Source of the DNA: Gonapodya sp. JEL0774
Lineage: Eukaryota
DNA: 35,392 nt
Direction of reading: 5' to 3'
NCBI GenBank assembly: GCA_027604505.1
Contig: JADIIX010000186.1
Span: forward strand, 1 to 35,392
Made by a program: the position numbers and the translations under genes. This document shows, one piece after another, positions 21,613 through 32,461 of the stretch (the stretch's first letter is position 1; each line of letters starts with the position of its first letter). The notes beneath the pieces were generated by a model that worked only from the letters and a program-made list of their open reading frames with translations, ran no database searches and was not told the origin of the DNA.

Positions 21613-23372
21613 TCACCTTCCTTGCCGGGCCAATCGTGCCCCCCCTCCTGCTCCAAGCACCTCGGTCTCTGTCCGTGTTCTCCCACTCCCACTCCCAGTT
21701 CCTGAGCCAGCACCCCCTCCACCAAACCCACCCACTGTGTCCCCTTCTCCAACACTGTACCCACCACCCCTCGACTCCACACCCCAAAGAGGCCACATTC
21801 CCGACACTGATGGTAATGGTCCTGTTGGGAACATTGAATGTTGAGGTGGTCCAGCAACGTCGCCGTAGTACTGGGAGGATGGGGGAGGTGCAGTGGGGAC
21901 CAGGCGGAAAGGGTTGGAGGGGGGACGTGTGGGACCGACGTTGATACGAGAGTCGTAGCGGATAGTAAAGGAGGGAGGTCGGAGTTGCGTTTGGGAGGAG
22001 ACAGGCGGGTCGCAGGTGTCGCTGAGGCAGACCATTGGGAATGCACCAGAGGAGCCTGTGCGCGTGTTGAAACCCTGAGTGCGGGGGGTGAGGGAGGTGA
22101 TTATACGTTTGTTAGGAGATGATTAGGTGAAGTGTAATGCTGAAAGGGAAAGAAAATGCGACTCACAACTGGGAACAAACAACACTCACAGAGCCCTACC
22201 CATCGGCAAATTCCAGGTTCACAAACAAAGAGCCCCCCACTGAGATATGCAACTCGTCTATGTCCTGTCCTTCAAAGTCTGCAACGGCATACATGAGGCG
22301 TTGGACAGTGCGGGGAGGTTGGGGTTCGCGATGGGGTGGAGCAGGTTGGAGGGAGTCCAGTCGTACATGGAGGGTCTGGACCTCACTTTCCAAAGCACGG
22401 ATTATGGCAGTGTTGGATGCATCCTTGGTGGCAAGGGTGCTGACTTATCTTTGGAGAGCCTGCTTATCTGCTTCCAGGGTTGTGATTCTTGCCTGATTGT
22501 TCACGTTCTGTCGCTCAACCTCGCCTGCCTTACTCTCTGCCGCAGCTGTCCTAATTGAAAGCTCCTCATTCCGGCCCTTGAGTTGATCCACTTTTGCATG
22601 TAGTGCCTCAATCTTTCGATCCTTGTCTGCGAGGAGGGCGACGAGTGCTTCTGTGGACTGAGCAGAAGAGGAAGGTGCTGTGGTAGTTGTAGAAGAAGGT
22701 TGAGAATGGGATGGAACTGGAGTGCGAGGTTGTGATTGATGGTGTTGGATTGCTTGCAGGAATCGAGTGTCGGGCTGTTTGCGAGCAGCATCGAGTTCTC
22801 TCTGCGTCACCACAGCGTTGTGAGAGAGGAGGAGTTGGACGATGGGGACGGAAGGCCAAGAAGTGAACCAGATGCAGACGTCCTTGTGATTCTTTGGATC
22901 CTTGACCTGGACGTCTCCGCCCTTGTGATTGACCATGAGTTGGTTGTCGGAGTCTGGTGCATCGAGTGTGTCACCGTCCCACCACGTCCACTTCCCCCCC
23001 CCTTGCCACCGCCAGTGTCAGTGCTGATGGGAACAAACACATCACACGCCAGCGCGCCCTACTCCACTTGTCCGCAGACCACGGACCCGTCCCGTCACTC
23101 CAGTTCGCATACTTCCACTCGCACTTCGCATTCGCATCTGCACCTCCATCAAGCAAAGCCTTGACAACGTCCTCGTTCGCATGCAGAGTTCCCAGCACCA
23201 ACGCCGATTCGCAGTCCACAGTGTCGGTTTTCGTCTCCCTTCCGACCGTGCAGGTCAACGTGACCCGCTTTCGCGCGTTTGGGTTCGCTCCATCTGCCAA
23301 CAGCTGGCGGACCCGCGATGCCTGCCCGTATTCGATGGCTTCGATGAGTTGGATGTCTTGTGTGTTCGACAT
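21613..23372 (-). pseudogene. Interrupted-ankyrin-like + coiled coil + SH3 + Pro/Gly-rich tail; full length but disabled. Exons 23372-22190 and 22074-21613
   Basis: ATG 23372 (MSNTQDIQLIEAIE). +1 frameshift in a G9 run (22994-23002), in-frame TAA at 22447-22445, and TAG at 22198-22196 replacing the SH3 Trp (DG*GS). Intron 22189-22075 splits the SH3: LMYAVADFEGQDIDELHISVGGSLFVNLEFADG*GS|GFNTRTGSSGAFPMVCL. Confidence 0.9.
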
Positions 23373-23527
23373 GACGGTTTTCGTTTGGATTTTGACGATG
23401 CTGTGCTTTGTTTGCGTGTCTGACCCGGCTTCATCTACCGTTCGTTTCTGGGGGCATTCGCAAAGACCACCACGAGCAACGATTCGCACTTATATCTTCT
23501 TGCTGATAAAATTTGATATTGTCCTGC

Positions 23528-23860
23528 GTACATAATATAGATGTGTCCACTGCTCCTGCTCCCTGGGTCGGTGCCACTCCACATGCACTTCCGGTTTGTT
23601 TAACCTACCACACGCTCTCTCCCCGGGGACCCCCAACGAAAAGCTCACCAACTTCTGTGCTTCCCGGTCTCCCGCCCTCCCCCCCAATCTCGGACCCCCT
23701 TCAGCCCCTCCCTCACACACCACCCCGGCCGCCCTCTCTGTCCCTGACCACCTGTTCACCGACCCATCTCATCCCCCACCGTGCAACGCACCTGGATTAC
23801 CAGTCGTTACTCCATATGTCCGAGTTTCCATGCGCGCCATGAGCCCGCCCCGCTCCAGCT
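23528..23860. repeat. Dispersed repeat, copy C, upstream of the 23372 pseudogene
   Basis: Collinear with 16463-16947: shared gtac(a/g)taata.agatgtgtc, gggtcggtgccactcc, cacacgctctctcccc, accgtgcaac.cacctg and gcccgccc.gct. Confidence 0.7.
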
Positions 23861-26109
23861 CAGAATCGTCCCGTTCCACATAACACGGGTACCGGTCCCC
23901 GCGCTCCTTGACAATTTCGGCATAACAGCCATCTATTCACCTCCCATGATGGAGGCCTGCCTTCTCGCCTATCACGGTTTCATTCGTCCCCGAGCTCCCC
24001 GTCCGGGATATCTCTTGGTGGTTCTCCGTTCTGGACTGTGTCTGCGTATCTGCCACTTCGTTTCGTCTAAGGCAAGTGCGCGGCCTCCTGCCTTCCTAAC
24101 CCTGAAGTCCAGGAATCTAGCACTACGCTCACTGTCAACTTCTACTCCACAACACCAACACAAACTCACGCTGTTCCAGGTTTCGTATCCCCTGTCTCTC
24201 TCCTCTTATCCTTCTGCTTCCCTTTTCGCTTTTTTTTGTCTTCCGTCACGACGGGTCATATGAGCGGGGCCGATGACAAGTGCGATGAGTGGTAGCGACC
24301 GGACAAGTTGATACGAAGGGTGTGATGGGAGCCGTGTGGAGAAGATGCAAGAGAAGGAGGGACGACTCGTGGGGACGGGACGGGGCTTTTCTTTCGCGTG
24401 ACATGACCGAGGAAGCTGGGGAGCAGAGGTTGGAACCAACGAGAGAAGCTGGGGAATCACACAGAAGGTCACTTCATGTTTTATACACCACGCCCGCAAT
24501 CCTTCGCTCGAAACTCACACCATCTGTCTTCGCCAAGCACATCGCGGTCCCCATATCCTTCTCCCCTTCTACTTTTGCGACCCGCTTCCTAGTCTACTCC
24601 GTGCTCGGAGAAAATCGAGCGTCGGGCTGGTGCTTGGTTGCCCTCCGACCAGTCGAGGACCTATCGGTGACCCATCGGCCGGACGGCTAGGCATTTTCGG
24701 CATTCCTGGCGAGGAGTGATAGTATTACTAAGGGGAAGGGGTGTAGTTGAAGACCGAGCCACAATGTGAGGAACATGGATCAGAGTTTACGTTGTCTAGC
24801 TCACCTGTCGTTTCACTCATTGTGTACATTACAATCCATCGTGCTGATGAGTAATTGGCGCTTGTGCTCAGCGCGTGGCAGTTGAGGAGTGGTGGCGGTT
24901 GAGTGTTCGGACCACTGATAAAATGGAACGCGCTGAATATGGGGACAGCGAAAACAAAAGCTACTGAGAGTGAACGCAAGTTTGTTATCGTGGGGACCCG
25001 ATACTGACCTCTGGCCTGCATTTTAAAGGAGAAAAGGTAGCGGAACAACCTGATCGGTGGGGGAGCTGGGGTTCCGTGGTAGTGTCAGCATCGGGGAAGG
25101 AAGCGAACAGGCAAAACGTAAGTGAACGTGAGTAGCTCGTTCAAGTACTTCCACTCGTTTTATCAGCCCGCGGAGCCGTGCTGTTCCCACTCCAGAAGTC
25201 AACAACAGCTCAAACATCCCACTTCTTCCACGACACTCTTCAGGTTCGCCATGTCTCATCGCACGCGGACAAAATCACCTTCTGTGCGTCAACTTGCACT
25301 CACATTCCCCCGGGCTTCGTTCCTCTCTCTCTTCTGCTCATTCTGCTCATTCTTCCCAGTTACATCCCTTGTTGTCCTTCAGACAAAAGGGGCGGGACAG
25401 ACGATAGGAATTGAGGGTTGTGGCGGTGGAGATGCGATGCGGATGCTAGTGGAGCGAAGGAACTGTCGTGGGCGGAAGGGTAGAAAGGGAAAGACACGGA
25501 CTGTCGCATGTGGCGGCGATTACGGAGATAGAAAGGCGATGCTCGGCGTGGTATAACCCGGACAGAAAAAATAACACGAAGAACATATTAAAACTCACGG
25601 CCTCTGTGAGTATATCGCACCCCGTCAACCCGTCAATCTCGTTCACACCAGGCTCACCCTTCCCTCTCCGTACTCCACCCCGGTATGACTCAGCGGTCAC
25701 TTACTCGGTCGCAGAAGGAGCAAGCCAATGGGCTCACCGATGATCCAGTGTACACGTTTGGGTCGCGTTAATTGTTTCGGCCTGACAGAACTCAGTCAAC
25801 AGGTCCGTTATTCGGCCAACGGACTCTCCCGTCATCTCCCAACATCGCCCTCCCGACCTAATAACCGCAAAGCCGTGGATCAGAAGAGGGGGTGTCGGTC
25901 GAGAATTGGGGACGTCGTGTAGAGAGGTGAAGTTGTATGGGTCGAGGACTACAAACGACGGGGAATCGTCGGTACCGAAGGAGATCCAAACGCACCTCAT
26001 GAACCAACAACCGACGACACTAAAAAGAAGCCGGCACAGAACAGAACAGACGACAGGGGGAAACGCTCAACGTGGGGTTCCTCTGTTTCCAGAGACCGGG
26101 CTGGGGTGA

Positions 26110-27300
26110 GCTATGGCTGATGTCCAGGGAGAGGGGTGACAACGAGTCCATGTGGTGTACCCCTGTACCCCACGGTCTGGAGCCTCTTCAATCCCACGAC
26201 CAGCACAGGCGGTAGCCTGTCCAGCAATACGGGCCGCTTGTATGCGGGCCGGCACTCCGCCGGCGCTCGGGGGTGACCGGCGGGTGAACGCCAGTTTCTG
26301 TATCGAAGTGGTCCGGATGGTGGATGCGTTGACAGTTCTCGCAGTTGATCTTTTCAGTACTGTCGAGACGTTCCATGGCCAGGAACCCGTCCAAGCACCC
26401 GACCAAGGTCACTTCGTCCGCGCCAGCAGGGGTGGTGGCCCCCGCGCGAGTCCCCACGCCGCCCACTACGGGCATCCGCAACCGGTCCTCTACACTGGCC
26501 GCAGCAACCTGTCAACGTATCTGAGTTGGTCTTGGTCGTGGGTTAGAGGGTACAGAGGATCTGGGTCGGGGTTGGAGAGATACTCGGTGCGGTGAGTGGG
26601 TGGGGGTCGGTAGGGGAGTATATGGGCAGGAGAAGGTCGAGGATGGGTTCATGGGAGAAGAAGACCTGCAAAATATGGGACCATGGCAAGGGTCGGATTG
26701 AAAGTTCATGACACTCGAGCGCGACATGTGCTTCATGTGCTTCTCGGGACAGGGACGACTCACGTTCTTGCACACCTCGCACACCACCACACTCACCAAC
26801 TCCTCCGGAAAAATATCTTCCCCGGCCGTTCGTTCGTCCTTCGCCTTCGTCTTCCCCGTACCGCCTTCTCCTTCCTTTCCGCCCTACGCTGTGCTCCCCG
26901 CCCGCTGCTCCCCCCCCACCCTTTCACCACCCTCCTCAAAACCTCGTGCGCGTCCTGCTGACGCATGGTACGGTACATGGGCCATTCTGTCGACATAGCG
27001 CGGAAAAGGGGAGTGGGGTCCAGTGGGGGGGACCCAAGGGTGGGTGTGACGACGTGGTTGTGCGCGGGGGAGGATGGTGCAGGAGGGGGTGGCGAGTGGG
27101 ATTTTGACCGGGTGAGTGGGAATGACAGAGGTGGTTTGAGGAACGACGTGGTATGGTGAGCATGTTGCCCCGCTGGGGATGCACCAGCGCCCGCCGTCCC
27201 AGTCACGTACGCCCCCCGCCGCCCTCGCGTACACGGGCACCACCACCTCGGCGAGCGACAATGTCATGGGGCCTGGTTTGAGAGGCAAGGGTGGGGGGGA
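26110..27300 (-). pseudogene. Ubiquitin-specific protease (peptidase C19) relic, USP16/USP45-like
   Basis: USP motifs in canonical order across frames: GPMTLSL; YRTMRQQDAHEVLR (QQDAHE 26960-26943); LVSVVVCEVCKN, intron 26763-26666, VFFSHEPILDLLLPI; VTLVGCLDGFLAMERLDSTEKINCENCQ; AYKRPVLLDRLPPVLVVGLKRLQTVGYRG; LSLDIS. Catalytic Cys box and His box not found. Confidence 0.85.
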
Positions 27301-27394
27301 GAGGGGAGGAGAGCGGGTGGAGGAGGCGGACGAGGGGGGGCAGGTAGGAAAGGTTCTGGAGGAAGGTGAGCCGGTGTATCTGGAGGACCGCAAC

Positions 27395-27441
27395 GGAAGG
27401 TGAAGATGCGTGATCGGAAGGTAAAGATGCTTGATCGGAAG
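27395..27441. repeat. 21-bp tandem repeat, 2.2 copies
   Basis: ggaaggtgaagatgcgtgatc / ggaaggtaaagatgcttgatc / ggaag. Confidence 0.9.
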
Positions 27442-29769
27442 TGTTCCAGCTTAGTGTCGTGGAAACTCACCCCATAAACAAAAACACACATTCAACACTA
27501 CGACAGATCCGATATGCGATTGCCGACAGTGGTCGTGATGCGAACAACAGGTCCTCCGTCACCGGGAGTTCCATGCAGCGATGAGTGGGGGGTGATGTAC
27601 ATGAAAAGGGGATGCACGGGTTGGTGTGGTGGGAGCGCCGAGGTGGGAGTTGACACTGGCGGGGTGGGAACTGCGCCGGCGGGCGGGAACTGGGTGACAA
27701 TGTACACAGAGGCAATGTCCGACTCACCACCTAATCTAAAAACAGGTTCGCTGGAGCGAACCGCTCGCTCGGGGGCTCGTCACCAGTCATCCCGTCAGAC
27801 CTAGACCTCACCTGTCCCGTTCCGTGATCCGACTGCCGACTCTACCGTCCTCGTCCACCTCAACCTAATAGCCCCGAGACAGTTAGACAGAAGGGGCGCT
27901 CGGGAGAGTTCGACGTTCGGGGGGAGCAGGTCTAGTGGAGCGTCTGAGGACGGGGAAGGAAAGGTAAGCCTAGGAGATCGGAGGAGATCCAAATTCACCA
28001 AATAGAGAGCTCACCTTATAAATTAAACAGTCTCGACACTACAAAAGAGCCGGTGCCGAACAGACGGGGGTGGCAATCGTTCGAAGTGGGGGTCCGTCGT
28101 CACCCAGAGACTGTGCCGAGGGTAGCGAGGGGCGATATCTGTGGAGAGTGGGCAGCATGGGCAGTTGTGGTGTAAGCGGGTATGTGGACATTAGAGACTC
28201 GTCGGGGGTAAAAGGTTTGCCATTGGAGAACGAAACAGGGGAGAATCTAGCCGCAGTAGGTGGGGAGTGAGGACCAGAAAAAAACACACAATAAGTACTG
28301 CAGCATCTTACCAACTGAGTTCTATTGTGTTTTGCTTTCGCGGCGTGCCATAGGTGCCGAAGACTTCATCGCGAATCCGTCTCCGGTGATAATCGTACAT
28401 CCTACATCCTCACTTTGCTGTCCACTGTCCTTGAAAACCCATTCTTCACTGCATTCTGACCCGCGAACAAGAGCTCTGAATCCGTGAATCCGTCCTCGAC
28501 CAGAGACCTCGCACTCACCTTGGGCCAGGTTCGGAGCGGTCGGTGGAGCAGGGAATGCCCACGAGGGGAAACGGGTAAAGGACTGTGGTGGCGACATCAC
28601 ATTGAGAGGGAGCTGGATGAAATTGGGGCAACATCAAAACTTACCTTGAGACCAATAGTGCCTCCGCTGATCCGTGACTTTTCAGCACGCTCAATCAGCG
28701 GTAGGGTTCGCAGCGTGTAGATCGGACATTGAGTGGCGTGGTGAATGTAGTGTGTACAGTGAAGAAGGAAAAGGTGTGGGCGGGGATGCGAGATTCGGTG
28801 GTATGGAAAAATTCGGTGGCAGTGTGACTGGTTAGAGCAAAAAGCCGGATGCAGAAGTCGAGGTCACAAGTCGAGGTTATGCCTGGAGGGCCCACCCGCC
28901 CTACTGTGCCTCTGTCTCCCGTTCCCCGCCTCGAAACCCTGCCAGGACCCCCACCCACCTCCCCACCCACCCCCCCTGCCTCCCCCGTAGCCCCTCGTCG
29001 CCAAGAAGGCGGAATGGGCAATCCGACACATATAATGAAAGGGATGTGCTCGTTCTGAAATGCATACTTACAAATCTAACGAGGCCTCTTTGTTTGGTCT
29101 TGGAATACGAAGTGCTGGAAATGCCTGGACATGTGGGGACGGTTTGCAGGAACTGTGATTTGGCGCGACACATAGGGTTGCAAGATTCCGTAAATTGCGA
29201 ATTCTGTGGAAGTTTCTGACTGTCTTAGAGAATGTGATGAACCCACTGGTGGCATGTTTCGTCTCATTTGGGTCGACGCCACTGCACATGAATTCAACTG
29301 ACGATGTATTTTTTGGACACACCGCCAGCGCTGGTGGGCGGCAGCATATAATTTCTTCATCTCAACCACATGCACAGCTCTTAATTCATTTGGCAACGAC
29401 AAGAAGTTGAAGTTGGCGTCGACAGTACGAGGAAGCAAATCCCATTTTTTTTTCGATGCTTTCACGGAGAAACCTGGTCATAGCCCGGAGATTTCCTCGC
29501 AAGGCTGCCATAAGCGTCCATCATGCGCTCTCGCCACGCGAAAACAGAGTCGTCTGGAAGCAGCAGGTTAGGATAAAACGGTGCTGTGGAGGAGCGAGAC
29601 GCGCTCAATATCCACCTGAACATAAATGAACAGATCCACGAGGTGTATGTGTGATCTCCTTACTCACAGATGGCGCGGCTCCACAGAAAAGCCGAGAACA
29701 GGCAGATGTCAGCGTAGTTTGGTCGGTCGCCGCCGAGGAATTTTAGGTTCTGTAGGACAGCGCGTACTC

Positions 29770-30304
29770 TATAGGTTGATCGTGAAGAGCGGTGAGCTTC
29801 CCATGTCAAAGAAGGTGTGGCTGTGGGTCTGTGACTCTCGGACGAAGATAACTCACGGCATCAATGCAGAGCGAAACGCAGGCAGTAGCGCTTCACGATC
29901 CGCGACTTGCGAGTTTTGCATCTTCCGTCCATAAAGCTTGGACCGCTCTTCGGAAAAGTAGTATGCCTGTCCCTCCACCGACTGGTGGAGGCGAGCATCG
30001 TCAGAGCAAAACTAGTCGGAGACGGAGGAAAAATGTTTGGTTTGTCCGTTGTCCATTGATTTTCTCGCAACAGTCCCCTCTCTCCCATCTCGCCACCCTA
30101 GCATTCGCTATCCCACCTTTGAGATAAACGGATGTATGATGGTGTTTACCCATTGCACCGCAAACAACAAAAGCTCTTTGCTGCCGCCAAACAAGCTTGG
30201 GCGTTGCGGGTAGGTCACCTCGAGGTATTCCGCGATTTTGAGAGAGTCGGAGACAACTTTGTCTCCATTACCGTGATCGACGATGATGGGTACCAATGGT
30301 TGAC
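29770..30304 (-). pseudogene. Glutathione S-transferase relic, LigE/beta-etherase-like
   Basis: GQPLVPIIVDHGNGDKVVSDSLKIAEYLEVTYPQRPSLFG is a GST N-domain motif. Downstream AYYF then (other frame) RSKLYGRKMQNSQVADREALLPAFRSALMP plus a GTGAGT donor resembles the LigE-type C-domain. No intact first exon found; apparent frameshift near 29955. Confidence 0.65.
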
Positions 30305-31798
30305 CTGAAAACGCAACCTTTTCTTTCTCGAAGAAGCTGATTCCACAGGGCGGGCGGCGGGCCGGCAAGAATGAGGAACGGTCGATGAGCATTCAATGAA
30401 TAAATAAATTGTCTCCGCATATTTTAGGCCACAATATGGGAAAGCTGCGAATGAAAATGTTTTGCTGTTTGACAAGTTTCCGTGAGAGAATCCCCGGGAT
30501 ACTGTAGCCTCACAGAACCTCTCGTTCGACGGTGCATGCTTTATCCTGCGAGCATTAGGCTTCGTGGTCTATTCCTCTGGCGGTAGGTCCGGTCACGCTG
30601 TCTGCTATGCCTCGGAGTGCTCACAGCTCAGGCCCCGGGACTCACTTGACTGGCACGCGCTCAAGAGCGAATTCTTTGTGCGCCACAGCCAGAACAGCCC
30701 TCCAAGCGAAGGGAGAAAAGCATCGCTCTCGCTCCAGCGTCGTGCAGAGCTCGTAGACGGTAATCGACATGATGCTTGGCAAACTCGGATAAATATGGAA
30801 GGTTGGCAACAACGTGGTCTCCCTGCCTGGAGCCTCTTGATGAATTGATGAGTTAATTACTTACGCTATCTAAATACATCGAGGTTATAGAATTCTCCAC
30901 CATATGCTATATGCTGTTTCCCCGGATATGATCCTTCCTTTCAGCGACACCAAAATGTGTCTCGAGATTGAAAAAATGACACATAATCTCATCAAAATAA
31001 GCCTGAAACTTAATTTTGTTGGGATCAGTGCAAACTTTTTCATCGCAAGTTCAAGTCCAGTACCTTGACTCGTGCTCCTCTTCACAGAACTACCATGCGT
31101 GCGTGAGGAGGGGACAACGTGTTAGACCTGATTGGTTATGTCATCCGATAGTTGACCGCGAAATTACATTCGCTGTGAGTCGTAATTTGCAAATGCTCGG
31201 AAGAGACTGGATTTGTGCCCTGAAAGTTCCAGCACCATCACGGTACGTTGCCCTTTAGTCGCTTGAATCTTGCGCATAATGCCTCCACACAGGCTGCTCA
31301 ATATTTCTCCACCAAAATACGGCAGCGTCTGCAATCCCGCTATTGGCAATGACAATCATGCCGCGGTACCAAAGCTATGTTGCAGTCAGCGCCCAGAGTG
31401 ACATCGAATGTCCTGGATGTCAAGTTTGGTGTATGTGCAGCAGATATCATTTACGACATGCAGCACGTGGTCCCTACTGGACCTTCACGCGGTGGAGGTG
31501 ATAGTCACAGTCACGCAGGTACGAGGACTTCTACTGGTGAGTCATGACTTCACTCCCACTTTACTCCAGCAAGGCGTGGTTCGCACCGACCAATATTGAA
31601 AGCTGGACCATTTGGAGTGACACGCAGGCCACTCTACCCACTATTTGGCGATATCAAGCCCTCAGCGATGCAATAGAACATTGGTTCGACCCTTGAGTGT
31701 TCAATTGGAGAATTTTTCCATGAGATTCCAACAACACTTCTTCGAGGTCACGTACTTACTTTCGTTGGTATGCGGAACAGTCCGAACCTTCCAAACCG

Positions 31799-32032
31799 TT
31801 GTCCAAAATTGGTGCGGAGCTTGTGACGCAATCGCTGCGACGTGTCGACCTTAAAATCTTGGGTTCACTGAACTTTACTACTATAAATTCCCAGGTGGAA
31901 GAACTGTCAATTGAGAGCATCCTCCGACATGCTCAAGGGTTGATCAGCTTCGACAAACAGGGAGTTGGCGGTACTCTAGTTTTGGGCAATTTGTCGTGTC
32001 AGGAGATCCTCCCGAAAGTAATCATAATCTGA
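31799..32032 (+). pseudogene. Possible remnant of a third F-box/LRR-like family copy
   Basis: ELVTQSLRRVDLKI...ESILRHAQGLISF resembles ERLTQVRKLHIRV...MMRGLQSY (11804 gene) and YLESVTLHV...DGVLNHAPLLKEV (18787 gene). Flanking frames are interrupted by stops. Confidence 0.35.
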
Positions 32033-32461
32033 TCTCGTGAGAGTGAACCCTTGCGCCTGCATCTATACATTCCCGAATATTGCAAAGCTGCATGCTCTGG
32101 CAGATCTCGAGATCCTCGGTGATCTAGATGGAAAGAGACGGATGTAAGTTGATTGCCTTCAGAAAATCAACGGCAGTCTTCGAAAATTCTGCTTAGAAGG
32201 CAGGAAAAGTTTAGTTCACAGAGAGGATTGAAAGATTGAAGAACTATCCTGATCGATGTGAACAACAGAGATGTATGTCACAATCGAGTGTTGACATGAA
32301 TGAAGCGAAGAGAGATGAGGGTCCCCCGAATGAAAAGATAATTTATGCACATACCTGAAGATTGCAAATAATCCACGCAAGCGAATGAGAATTGGTGAAC
32401 GTCGGCTGATCCGGAAGTGGCGAAGGATCTCCCCCACGTGGAACCGCACATCCACCGAAAC

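Noticed and set aside
22994..23002. Programmed frameshift or phase variation at the G9 run
   Set aside because: Two further in-frame stops downstream mean slippage alone would not restore the protein.
17933..23372. RIP-type hypermutation as the cause of the pseudogenes
   Set aside because: Lesions are a mix of indels and varied substitutions, and the relics remain GC-rich. A formal dinucleotide index was not computed.
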